A DNA stretch of 64,000 nt from Spirochaetaceae bacterium (GTDB taxonomy: Bacteria > Spirochaetota > Spirochaetia > DSM-27196 > PXBQ01): NCBI GenBank assembly GCA_007695285.1, contig REEC01000117.1, forward strand, positions 17,431 through 81,430. Direction: 5' to 3'. A program made the translations under genes and the position numbers. Below are positions 9,627-18,818 of this stretch, in pieces. Position 1 is the first letter of the stretch; each line of letters starts with the position of its first letter. The notes below the pieces were generated by a model. That model had not been told where the DNA came from. It did not search any database and saw only the letters and a list, made by a program, of their open reading frames with translations.

Positions 9627-10928
9627 ATGAAAGGACTCCGCACCACGAACGCTAAGCGACTGTTTGCGATGCTCGTCGCGGGCCTCGCGTTGATCGGCCC
9701 GGTTTCCGCGCAGGATCCAGGCACGAACGCCTCAAACGAACCAATCGTCGAGTTCGCGACGTTTTCCCGCCCTCGACGGATGATTTTCTTCTTCGAAGTG
9801 ACCGAGGACACTCTCACCGAGTACGACCGATTTGTGTTGTACAACTCGATCATGGCGACCGCCGGGAGCGCGAACCCCGACGTGATCGTGCTCGAGGCTC
9901 CCGACACGACCGTTCCGCCGACACTCGAGGGGAAACACGATCTCGCGCGAATCATCGACGCCGACGCGTGGCTCTACGTCTCGATAGCGGGCTCGATGGA
10001 CGATCTCCGCGCGGAGATCGAGACGTTCGACATTCTACGCCAAACGTATTACGGTGCGCTGACGATACAACCCGGCGTACGAACCGACGCCCGGACGCTC
10101 TCGCGCGGATTCTGGGACCCGATAGCCGAGACGATCCGTTCGAGTTACGGGCAAGTCGTCGATACCGTCGAGGTGCGGATCACAGGGAAACCCGGCACGC
10201 GGATCACGGGTTTAGCCGAGACCGCCATCGAACTCGCCGGTACCGAGATCACGGTCCCGCTGCCGAACCCGGCAACGTACACGTACCGGGCGGAGCTCGT
10301 CGGGCATTACCCGATCGACGACACGTTTTATTTGGGATTTGACTCGGTGGAGATCGAACTCGAACACGTCCGCGGAGCGAAATGGGGTGTCGAACTCTAC
10401 GGAAACAACATTCAGTTTCCGGGCATGAACGTTACACGGTACTTAATCCCGGCTACCGCGTTTGTCCGCACCGGCTTCACGACGTACGCGCTCGGCGTGT
10501 ACCTCGTCGAAGGCTTTTCGGGGAATGCGCCGCTCGTATCCGGCAACCCACTCACGAACCTCTTTGCGCACACAGGTCTGTACTTCTCCGAGCCCGGCCT
10601 TGATCTGCGGTTGTACGGCGGCGGCGGCGCTTTTTTGCGACTGGTCCACGATTTCGCGGCCGACGGCGGACCGGTATTCGGCCTGGAGCCGACCGCTCCG
10701 TTTGGATTCACTCCGTTTGCCGGTATCGAGTACTCACCCTGGCTCTCGCTCCGCTTCTTCGTCGAGTACGCGCCGTTGCTGTATCGGACCGTCGATTCCG
10801 ACGAGTTTCGCGCGCGATCGTTTCCGCTTCATCTTTATTCCGACGGACGTATTCCCGGGTACCTGTTCTTCGACTCGTTCGCTCTCGATCTCCGGAACGT
10901 CGCGGTGGGCGTCCGGTTCATGTGGTGA
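9627..10928 (+). CDS. exported protein with the same architecture as 7275-8558 (putative beta-barrel OMP)
   Basis: Signal peptide 'LFAMLVAGLALIGPVSA-Q'; 'ARIIDADAWLYVSI..L.AEIETFD' TolB-N-like segment; PEGA-like segment; C-terminus 'NVAVGVRFMW'. Confidence 0.6.
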   Translation: MKGLRTTNAKRLFAMLVAGLALIGPVSAQDPGTNASNEPIVEFATFSRPRRMIFFFEVTEDTLTEYDRFVLYNSIMATAGSANPDVIVLEAPDTTVPPTLEGKHDLARIIDADAWLYVSIAGSMDDLRAEIETFDILRQTYYGALTIQPGVRTDARTLSRGFWDPIAETIRSSYGQVVDTVEVRITGKPGTRITGLAETAIELAGTEITVPLPNPATYTYRAELVGHYPIDDTFYLGFDSVEIELEHVRGAKWGVELYGNNIQFPGMNVTRYLIPATAFVRTGFTTYALGVYLVEGFSGNAPLVSGNPLTNLFAHTGLYFSEPGLDLRLYGGGGAFLRLVHDFAADGGPVFGLEPTAPFGFTPFAGIEYSPWLSLRFFVEYAPLLYRTVDSDEFRARSFPLHLYSDGRIPGYLFFDSFALDLRNVAVGVRFMW

Positions 10929-10948
10929 CCGGACGCCAGGTCGGTTTT

Positions 10949-13198
10949 TTACTGTTGAACCAGAACAGTCAGTTCCTCGAGCAGTTCGCGGAACACCGCG
11001 TCGTTGACGGCGCCGGTTTCCGACTGGAGAAACGAGACGCGCTGCTCCGGCGTCGGAAACTCCGCTGCGATAGAGATGATCTCGAGAACATCGAGGAACG
11101 CGACCTCGCGGCCGGCGTCCTCAAACGCTTGATCGTACACGCGAATCCGGTCGCCCAGTTCGGGGAACAATCGGCGCACCGCGTCGGACACCAGGAACGT
11201 ATCGAGCTGAAACCGGGCTTCGAACAAAGCTTCGGCGTCGCGGCCGCTCGCGAACGCGCGATCCTCTTCGGTCACGTACCGCGTATAACTCTCGACCGCG
11301 GCCTCGGTAATCCGTTCGAACTCTGCGAGCCGCGCGACCTCCGCGTCAAGCGCGACGATCCGCTGCTCGAGCTCGTCGGAACGGCTGCTCAGTTCGGCGA
11401 TCCGGCTTTCCTGCTCGGAAATTTGAGCCTCACGCTCGGAAAGCTGCGATCGATACGTTTCTTCAAGCTCGTCGGCCACCGCCCCAATCGCTTCGGACCG
11501 GTCTTCGGCGAGAGCGCCCCGTGTCTCGTCGAGCTCACGTGTCAGCTCGTCTCGCTCGCGAACGAGCTCCGCGCGTTCGGCCTCAAGACGGCTGCGTTGC
11601 TCTGCCGCGGCCGTGGCGGCCGTGTCGGCGAGCATCGCTTCGAACCGAGCGCGCTCGTCGCCGAGCGAGACGTCCGCCGTGTCGGCGATCACGCCCATAC
11701 CGTCGACCGGTTCGCCGGTAACCACGTACCGCGAAAGCGAAAAACCGGTTCGGGCCGCACCACCGACGATCGGGTCGGCAACATCGGACGTCGCCGGTAA
11801 AGTCGCGAGCACATCGCGGTACGCGGTAAAAGCCGCTCCGTAACGACCCTCGTCGATGAGCGTTGTCGCGGCATCGAGCGCGGCGATAACGGCCTGACGC
11901 GCCGATTCGCGTTGTTCGGCGATCTCGGCGTCCCTGACAGCCGTAATCATCTCGGCATCGCGATCCCATACGAACGCGTACGCCTCGGATAGCTCCGGGA
12001 GTTGGGACAGCGCGGTACGGTAACGCTCGGTCGCGAGTTCGGCGTCGGTCGCCGAGCGCGCTTCGGCTGTCGTCGACCGGATACGCGCAAGAATTCCTAA
12101 CTCGTCCGAAAGGCTCAAGACTTCGCCGTCGGCCGCCATCTCGAGCTCGATCACGGCTTCGAGCGAATCAAGCAGAAAGAGATCCATCTCCCTCCGACGC
12201 GCGATCTCGGGAATCGCAAGCACACGGTCTTCGTTCAAAAACGATCGAAGCGATTCGATCCGCGACCGAGCGAGTCCGTACTGTTCCGACGAGACAGCGG
12301 ACCGAATCTGCCCAATCTGCCCGATGATCTGGTTCTGGATCGAGCCGGCAAGCTCCTGTCGGCGCGAAAGCTGTGCGAGTTCCTCCTGCGCTGATGCGAG
12401 ATTTTCGATCGCTTCGGTGCGCGCACGATCGAGAATTCTCGTTCGTTGTTCGAGCTGGGCGCGAAGCGTGACTTCGCGCTCACGGAACTCCTCGGCGAGT
12501 CGGAGCCGCTCTTCCCGCAAGGCCTCGAGTTGACCGTTGTACTCCGCACGGAGCTGGTCGAGGTTCTGCTCGACCGCAAGCCGTTCGGCTTCGAGCTCCG
12601 CGCGATACTGCGCGATTTGCTGCTCGTAGTACGCGGTTCGCTCGGCCTCGAAGACGCGCATGAGGTTTTCAATCTCGTCGTCCCCGAGCCCTTCGCGTAG
12701 CAGACGCGCGCGCTCCTCCTCGAGCTCCCGTTCGAGTTCGGCCCGGAGTTCCTGTTCGCGTTGTTGAATGCGCTCATCGATCGACGCTGCGAGCGCGAGT
12801 CGTTCGCGTTCGATTTCGTCGAGGCGTTTCTGAACGGTGGCGATCTGACGCTCCTTCTCGAAGAGCTGAGCTTGCGACTCACGCCGCAACTCCTGAATCA
12901 ACCGCCCCTCGACGGATGCGATTTCACCGGTCCGGCCCGTGACGACCCGTTCGTCCTGGCGAAACAACGCGGCCAACACGAGCACAACAACCGCAACCGA
13001 CACGATCGCACCGATGTTGACAAGCAGCGGAAAGAGCGCCCCGGCGCGGAACGACTTCAGTGAGAACGCGTCCCCCGAGACGTCGATTTTGTTTTCTGTG
13101 GCGACTTTCTCGATATGGCCGCGGATCTCGGTCTTTTCATCCTCGGAAATTCCGGCGTACTCAACGTCCTCGAGTGGGTCCGAGTTTTTGTCCGACAT
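10949..13198 (-). CDS. single-TM, long coiled-coil (E/R/Q/A-rich) protein
   Basis: SD GGAGG before ATG 13198; one TM 'LFPLLVNIG...LAALF'; two long heptad-rich segments. Confidence 0.75.
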   Translation of the reverse strand: MSDKNSDPLEDVEYAGISEDEKTEIRGHIEKVATENKIDVSGDAFSLKSFRAGALFPLLVNIGAIVSVAVVVLVLAALFRQDERVVTGRTGEIASVEGRLIQELRRESQAQLFEKERQIATVQKRLDEIERERLALAASIDERIQQREQELRAELERELEEERARLLREGLGDDEIENLMRVFEAERTAYYEQQIAQYRAELEAERLAVEQNLDQLRAEYNGQLEALREERLRLAEEFREREVTLRAQLEQRTRILDRARTEAIENLASAQEELAQLSRRQELAGSIQNQIIGQIGQIRSAVSSEQYGLARSRIESLRSFLNEDRVLAIPEIARRREMDLFLLDSLEAVIELEMAADGEVLSLSDELGILARIRSTTAEARSATDAELATERYRTALSQLPELSEAYAFVWDRDAEMITAVRDAEIAEQRESARQAVIAALDAATTLIDEGRYGAAFTAYRDVLATLPATSDVADPIVGGAARTGFSLSRYVVTGEPVDGMGVIADTADVSLGDERARFEAMLADTAATAAAEQRSRLEAERAELVRERDELTRELDETRGALAEDRSEAIGAVADELEETYRSQLSEREAQISEQESRIAELSSRSDELEQRIVALDAEVARLAEFERITEAAVESYTRYVTEEDRAFASGRDAEALFEARFQLDTFLVSDAVRRLFPELGDRIRVYDQAFEDAGREVAFLDVLEIISIAAEFPTPEQRVSFLQSETGAVNDAVFRELLEELTVLVQQ

Positions 13199-13250
13199 TT
13201 TTATTTCGCCTCCGAAAAAACGCTGTTCCTGACTCATACAGTAAACTAAA

Positions 13251-13266
13251 TGACCGAGTCCGGTCA
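13251..13266. promoter_or_regulatory. palindromic operator candidate TGACCG-AGTC-CGGTCA in an AT-rich divergent promoter region
   Basis: Perfect 6-bp inverted repeat overlapping a minus-strand TTGACC -35; a plus-strand TGGTATACT extended -10 lies at about 13305-13313. Confidence 0.45.
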
Positions 13267-13336
13267 AACAATTCCTGAGCATTATAGAAATATTTTACAG
13301 CTTTTGGTATACTCTCGGTGACTCTAGGAGGTCGAT

Positions 13337-13792
13337 GTGAGACACCCGCGGCACGGGGCAGCACTGGGCGTATGGTTTTTCTTGGCTTCGGTCGCTCTCG
13401 GCGCGCAATCGGCGCAGTTCAGCGGGGATGTTCTGCTTACCGAGCAGCTTACGGTCGCCGACGCGGTGTACCTGGTGGGGTTAGCGGTCGGGATAGTCCC
13501 GATCGATTCGCCGTTCGACGACGCTCCGAATCACCTCACGCGCGCCGGTATTCGCGTGCCGGAAGCGACGCCGGACTCACCGATCTCGCTCGGGGAGTAC
13601 GCGTTTCTGATCGTTCAGGCTTTCGATCTGCCGGGAGGTTTGATGTACGGTTTCTTCCCAGGTCCCCGGTACGCGCTCCGCGAGCTCGTTTATCTCGATG
13701 TTGTCGAACCGGGTGCGCACACGGGGGAAAGACTCACGGGCCGCTCTGCGTTGACGATCCTGGCCTCGGCGATGGAGGAGTTCGGACAATGA
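13337..13792 (+). CDS. small exported protein, SLH-like
   Basis: SD AGGAGG; signal peptide ending 'ALGA-Q'; SLH-like helices 'ISLGEYAFLI', 'LTGRSALTIL'. Confidence 0.55.
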   Translation: MRHPRHGAALGVWFFLASVALGAQSAQFSGDVLLTEQLTVADAVYLVGLAVGIVPIDSPFDDAPNHLTRAGIRVPEATPDSPISLGEYAFLIVQAFDLPGGLMYGFFPGPRYALRELVYLDVVEPGAHTGERLTGRSALTILASAMEEFGQ

Positions 13793-15060
13793 GACACCGA
13801 ATCGCCCACCGCATCACGGCGATAGTGGTTCCGCTCGTGTTGAGCGCCGCATCGGTTCTCGCTCAGCCGCGTGTCACTATAGATGCGGGCGGCGAGGTCG
13901 CGGCGCATCTGCGCAACACGGACGCTGTCGGCTCGAGCTACCTCACCGCCGTCGAAGAACTCTCGCTGTACGGCGTAGCGCGCCACATGCCCGGACTTAT
14001 CACTATGGAGTACAGACTCGGCGTTACCGGCCGTCGCGACTCCCGCCGGGGGTACGTTGAGTATGCCTTTGCACAGAATCTGCTCGCTTCGGTCGAGTTG
14101 ACCACGGCGACGTTCCGGCTGACCAATCGGGAGTTTCCGAGTAGCACGGGAGAGTTCTCGTTCGAGCTCGGGCGACGACGGTTTTCGGACCCGACCGCGC
14201 TCATTATCGACGGGATCGCCGACAGGGTGTCGGTCGTTTTCGAGTGGCCGAGGGTTTCCGCTTCGCTAGACGTCGCGTACACCGGATTGAGTTCAAAGAA
14301 CACGGACCCAATCGTCTTGACGGACGCGGATCGCGCGCGACTCGACGACGACTCGGTGTACTTCGCCGGGCCCCGGCTGCTCTCGGTCGCGACAATCGGT
14401 ACGCCGTCGATTGCCGCGCGACAGGACGCCGAGTTTTTCGGCGCGTACCACCGCGACCTTGAAACGAACGGCGCAGACATCGCGTTCGCGGGGCTGCGTG
14501 TCGACGGCCCTGTCGTGCCGCACCTCTTTCACACGACGTCGATCGCAGCCGGGTTCACGGCCGACGACGGCGTATCGCTATTGAGTTCGCTCTCGCTTCG
14601 GTACTATCTCGACCGGGTTAACCTTTCGCGTATTCGCGTCGAGACGACGTACGCATCGGGCGACTCGGGGGGGCTTTCCCGGTTTATCCCGGTGCACCGG
14701 GGTCGGTTCGGCGAAAAGGAAATCGGATTCGATGCGGGTTTCGCCGACCGTCTTGTCGCCGAACTCGCGTACTCGTTTCGGCCGTTCATCGAGTCCAACG
14801 CCGCGTGGCTTGCTGCGACCGAACTCGGATTCGATTCGGTGAGTTTCTTTCGCACGACCGACGCCCCGGCGCCGGAGTTCCCCGGAAACTCGACAGGCCC
14901 GTACCTCGGAACTCGCGTGCTCGCCGCTGCACGGCTTCGCGCGAGTTCGGACTTTGGGCTCGACGCGCGAATCGGCGCGTTTTTCCCATCCAATCCCGAT
15001 ACCGATGATCACGATCGGCGCCGAGGCTTCTTCTCGACGAGTGTCTTCGTCTTATTTTGA
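13789..15060 (+). CDS. putative outer-membrane beta-barrel protein
   Basis: ATGA overlap, SD GGAGG; signal peptide ending 'VLA-Q'; alternating beta-strands; C-terminal 'STSVFVLF' (terminal Phe, BAM-type signal). Confidence 0.6.
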   Translation: MRHRIAHRITAIVVPLVLSAASVLAQPRVTIDAGGEVAAHLRNTDAVGSSYLTAVEELSLYGVARHMPGLITMEYRLGVTGRRDSRRGYVEYAFAQNLLASVELTTATFRLTNREFPSSTGEFSFELGRRRFSDPTALIIDGIADRVSVVFEWPRVSASLDVAYTGLSSKNTDPIVLTDADRARLDDDSVYFAGPRLLSVATIGTPSIAARQDAEFFGAYHRDLETNGADIAFAGLRVDGPVVPHLFHTTSIAAGFTADDGVSLLSSLSLRYYLDRVNLSRIRVETTYASGDSGGLSRFIPVHRGRFGEKEIGFDAGFADRLVAELAYSFRPFIESNAAWLAATELGFDSVSFFRTTDAPAPEFPGNSTGPYLGTRVLAAARLRASSDFGLDARIGAFFPSNPDTDDHDRRRGFFSTSVFVLF

Positions 15061-15092
15061 CGGCCGTGCACGTTGCCCGATCAGGAGGTCCC

Positions 15093-15668
15093 ATGCGAAG
15101 AACCACAGCGACTCTTATTCTGCTACTGGCCGCCGGTGCCGCTCACGTCTCGGCGGACACAGTGTTCGTTGTGACCGCGACAACCGGACGCGTCGAGTAC
15201 ACCACAGAGACCGGAACCTGGAGGACGGCGTTCACGGGGCGTGAAACGCCGGTCGGAACGACCGTCGCGACGCACGCGCGCGCGCAAGTCGAACTCACGT
15301 TTGCGCACCATACGGTCACGGCCGGCGGGCTCACGCACCTCACCATCGACGTGGCAGAACACCTTAGCGACGGCGTCGATGCGGCGTTGACCGTCGTCGG
15401 AGGACGCGTTATCGTGGAACACGTTCCGGACGGCGAAACATTCTCGATCTTGATCGAGTCGCCGTTCGCGACTTTAACCGCTCGGGACGCGTCGTTCGTA
15501 TTCGACGGACGCGGCGTCTCGGTCACACGAGGAGAGGTTGTGCTCATGAATCCATCGGGAAGAAGCGTCGTACTCCGTTCAGGCGAAGCATCGCGCATCG
15601 TCAACGGAACACGCCCGGCGCCGATCGAGCGCGCCCGGGAACTCCGGTCGCTCGTTTCACCTCGTTGA
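15093..15668 (+). CDS. secreted FecR-domain protein
   Basis: SD AGGAGG; signal peptide; FecR fold pattern 'G.VE..W...G..V.T...AQVEL.F', 'L..G.V', 'I.SP.A', 'VSVTRGEV', 'L..GE'. Confidence 0.75.
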   Translation: MRRTTATLILLLAAGAAHVSADTVFVVTATTGRVEYTTETGTWRTAFTGRETPVGTTVATHARAQVELTFAHHTVTAGGLTHLTIDVAEHLSDGVDAALTVVGGRVIVEHVPDGETFSILIESPFATLTARDASFVFDGRGVSVTRGEVVLMNPSGRSVVLRSGEASRIVNGTRPAPIERARELRSLVSPR

Positions 15669-15672
15669 CGAG

Positions 15673-17196
15673 ATGGCGCACGCCGAACACGTTCGTACCG
15701 TTCTCGCCAAACTCACGACAGGCCTCTACGAACGCGACGAAACGATCCGACTCGCGTTTCTCGCGTCGGCCGGGGGTGAAAGTCTGTTTCTCTGGGGCCC
15801 TCCCGGAACAGCCAAGAGTCTCGTCGCGCGACGGATCGCGTGCGCGTACCGCGACGCAAAAACCTTCGAGTACCTCATGGGCCGTTTTAGCACACCTGAG
15901 GAGATCTTCGGCCCGATCTCGATAAAACGGCTCCGCGACTCCGACACGTACGAACGGATTACCGAAGGCTACCTGCCCGACGCCGAAATCGTTTTTCTCG
16001 ACGAAATCTGGAGGGCGGGTCCACCGATTCAGAACTCGCTGCTCACTGCCTTGAACGAGCGGTTGTACCGCAACGGCAGTACCGTTGTCCACCTCCCAAT
16101 TCGATGCATCATCGCCGCGTCGAACGAGATCCCGGATCTTGACGATGAAGCCGCCGCGTTCTGGGATCGCTTTCTCGTTCGCGTTGGAGTCGATCCGGTT
16201 CGCGATGAGAGCGTTTTCCGGAGAATGATCGGCGACACCGACGACCCATTCGACGATCCGGTCCCACTCGACGAGAAGATTGCGCGTTCGCAGTACGAAA
16301 CCTGGCGCGCCGAGGCACCGTCGATCGCGATTCCCGACTCGGTCCTGAGTATCCTGTCGCGTATACGAGCGCGTCTCGCGACCGGTTCTACGACCGTCAC
16401 GGTAAGCGATCGTCGCTGGAAAAAAATTGTCGGGTTGCTGCGAACCTCCGCGATGCTCAACGATCGCGACGCCGTCAATCCGCTCGACTGTTTTCTCGTA
16501 CGACACTGCGTCTGGAACCGCCCGGATGAGATCGGGTTTGTGAACGCCGCGGTCGAGGACGCGATCGCGGAGTATCTCTCCGAGGGTAGGTTTGACGCCG
16601 CGCCGCTGCGCGATCGCCTCTCGTCGCTCGAGGCGGCGTACGAGAGCGACACGACGACGATTCGAGACACAACGGCAGTCGTTCCGGTCGAGTATCGCGG
16701 CGAGTACGTCCGCGTACTCGGGTTTCCCGGCGCCGAGAGCGCGCTGATCTGGAAGGGCGATTTCGACGCGCTCGACGAGGAGGGTCGATCGACCGAGGTT
16801 TTTGTGTACGATGACGATGCTGCCTTCGTCTCATCGTCCACGCACACCGTCGCGCGGACCGATGTGGGCAAAGTCGCGATCGACGGAACACCGTACGAGA
16901 TCGACGCCCGCACCGAGACGACGACGGTCGCGGAGAAGGGTCCGCCCGATGCGGAGGTAAGCGCGCGAACACGGGCAGGAGCGATTGAGATTATCACCGA
17001 GTGTGACTCGGTCATCGGTGAAGCCGGAAAATTCATGAGAGACGGACGTTCCGACGCTTCCGATCATCTCTTTGTCGACCATCGATACGTCGACGGCGCG
17101 TTCGCGCGGGTCGAGCGATGCGCGCGGGAGTTCGCGAGCCTGAAAATCGACGTCGAGGATTTTCTCCGCACGATCGAGAATGCGGAAAACCGGTAA
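15673..17196 (+). CDS. ravA: MoxR-family AAA+ ATPase, RavA-like
   Basis: 'GLYERDE.IRLA.LA..GESLFL.GPPGTAKSL.ARR', 'FSTPEEIFGP', Walker B 'FLDEIW', 'SDRRWKK'. Confidence 0.88.
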   Translation: MAHAEHVRTVLAKLTTGLYERDETIRLAFLASAGGESLFLWGPPGTAKSLVARRIACAYRDAKTFEYLMGRFSTPEEIFGPISIKRLRDSDTYERITEGYLPDAEIVFLDEIWRAGPPIQNSLLTALNERLYRNGSTVVHLPIRCIIAASNEIPDLDDEAAAFWDRFLVRVGVDPVRDESVFRRMIGDTDDPFDDPVPLDEKIARSQYETWRAEAPSIAIPDSVLSILSRIRARLATGSTTVTVSDRRWKKIVGLLRTSAMLNDRDAVNPLDCFLVRHCVWNRPDEIGFVNAAVEDAIAEYLSEGRFDAAPLRDRLSSLEAAYESDTTTIRDTTAVVPVEYRGEYVRVLGFPGAESALIWKGDFDALDEEGRSTEVFVYDDDAAFVSSSTHTVARTDVGKVAIDGTPYEIDARTETTTVAEKGPPDAEVSARTRAGAIEIITECDSVIGEAGKFMRDGRSDASDHLFVDHRYVDGAFARVERCAREFASLKIDVEDFLRTIENAENR

Positions 17197-18773
17197 TGTA
17201 CCGCTGTCTGTTGTCGCACGATGACTCGGCTCTTGGCGAGCGTCTGCGTGAACTGCTCGAGCACGTCGTCTTCGCGCGGTTCACCGAGCCTGAGAGCGAG
17301 AATCACGACGTCGAGCAAGACATCGTACCCGACGCGGTACGTGACACGATCTCGGCAGTGTTCTCGATGGAGACGTTCTCGGAACGCGTCGCCGGCGACG
17401 AAGAAATCTGCGGTCGGATTGCGCACGATGTCGTGCATTGGTGCGCGGATCGATGGGCGCGGATCCCGACCGACGACCGGCTGGAGGCCGAAAAAGCCGA
17501 GCTCGAGAGCTTGCGCTCGCTCGATGATCCGTGCGAGGCGGCGCGATTTCTCGAAAGACGCCCCGATCAAACTGATCGTGAGCCCGCGACCGGTCGCAAC
17601 GAGACGTTCGCGCGCGACAGATCGGTAGCCGACGCGATGACGGCGTTTCTCGTACGCGCACGACGGCCGGCACAGAGACCGGAGGCGCGGATCGAACTCG
17701 ATGCGGCACACGAACGTCTGGTTGAACGATGGGGCCGTGTTCTCCGACAGCGCGAATCGCGGCACGAGACGGCATTTTTCCGTCGTGTCCTGCCTCCGTT
17801 CGTGGACGAACTCAACCGACGCGCGGAGATTGCGGTCGAGACCGCCGCGCGTATGCGCGACTTATTCGGCACGAGCTCGGGGCTGTGGGACCTCGTCGAC
17901 GCCGAGTGGCACTTCGACGGATGGGATTCGATCGAACGATACGCCGATCTGCTCGAGACCGACCGCTCGATCGAACGGCTCGCGGCGCAGATCGGCCGTT
18001 CGGATCTGGTCGCCTCAAAGGCACGCGAGCCCGCGTACACCGAGGCCGCGTTCGAGACAACCGAAGAGATCAGCGTCGGTCGGAGCGAGGTGACCGGTGT
18101 CGCGTTTGGGAACGACATCGAGACGGTGCTCCCGATCGAACTCGCGCTCGCGACGATTCCGGAAACCGAACTCGTCTTTGCGAAGAAACTCGCCGAAGGA
18201 GAGCTGCTCTCTCGCCTCTACACAACGCGCCGCTCGGTCACGGCTGTCCGCACGCGACGGGAGCGGGTCACCGCCGAGAGTACCGATCGGGGACCAATCC
18301 TTCTTTGCGTCGATACGAGTGGATCGATGGCGGGGCGTCCCGAGACGGTCGCAAAGACACTCGCTCTGGCGCTCTGCCGCGTAGCGCTCGCCGAAGGCCG
18401 CGCGTGTTTTCTCGTTGCGTTCTCGACCCGAATCGAGTGTTTCGAGTTGAGCGATCTCGGTTCGGCGATTCCGGAGCTTTCGCGATTCCTCGGCGGAACT
18501 TTTCACGGCGGAACCGATCTCCGCCCCGCGGTCGCGCGCTGCATCGACCTTCTCGAGACCGAGCGATACCGGACGGCCGACGTCGTGGTCGTCTCGGATT
18601 TCCGGATCCCGAAGGTTCTCGACCGGGCTTCACCCGATATTCGTCGGGTCCAGAGCGAACTCGGGACCCGACTGCACGCAGTCACGGTAAACGATATGCC
18701 GGTCGACGATCCTTATAACATTTTTGACTATCACTATCGCTACGCTCCGGGCTCAGGCGTCGTCGAAGCGTGA
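17196..18773 (+). CDS. viaA: VWA-domain protein, ViaA-like
   Basis: TAATG overlap with ravA; MIDAS 'DTSGSM', 'GGTD', 'VSDF'; 'LP.ELAL' motif. Confidence 0.82.
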   Translation: MYRCLLSHDDSALGERLRELLEHVVFARFTEPESENHDVEQDIVPDAVRDTISAVFSMETFSERVAGDEEICGRIAHDVVHWCADRWARIPTDDRLEAEKAELESLRSLDDPCEAARFLERRPDQTDREPATGRNETFARDRSVADAMTAFLVRARRPAQRPEARIELDAAHERLVERWGRVLRQRESRHETAFFRRVLPPFVDELNRRAEIAVETAARMRDLFGTSSGLWDLVDAEWHFDGWDSIERYADLLETDRSIERLAAQIGRSDLVASKAREPAYTEAAFETTEEISVGRSEVTGVAFGNDIETVLPIELALATIPETELVFAKKLAEGELLSRLYTTRRSVTAVRTRRERVTAESTDRGPILLCVDTSGSMAGRPETVAKTLALALCRVALAEGRACFLVAFSTRIECFELSDLGSAIPELSRFLGGTFHGGTDLRPAVARCIDLLETERYRTADVVVVSDFRIPKVLDRASPDIRRVQSELGTRLHAVTVNDMPVDDPYNIFDYHYRYAPGSGVVEA

Positions 18774-18781
18774 CGGCCCGG

Positions 18782-18812
18782 TTGACATTCCCCGCACGTG
18801 CGACCGTATACT
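18782..18812 (+). promoter_or_regulatory. sigma70 promoter of cysE (possibly leaderless transcript)
   Basis: TTGACA (18782-18787), 19-nt spacer, TATACT (18807-18812); ATG follows 6 nt later with no SD. Confidence 0.55.
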
Positions 18813-18818
18813 CGAGTG

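Noticed and set aside
10928-10951. Terminator between the cyclase operon and the coiled-coil gene
   Set aside because: A T-run is present, but the stem is short and bulged, so it is too weak to list as a feature.
1584-18773. Genomic island integrated at tRNA-Cys
   Set aside because: No integrase, no repeated tRNA 3' end and no obvious compositional shift.
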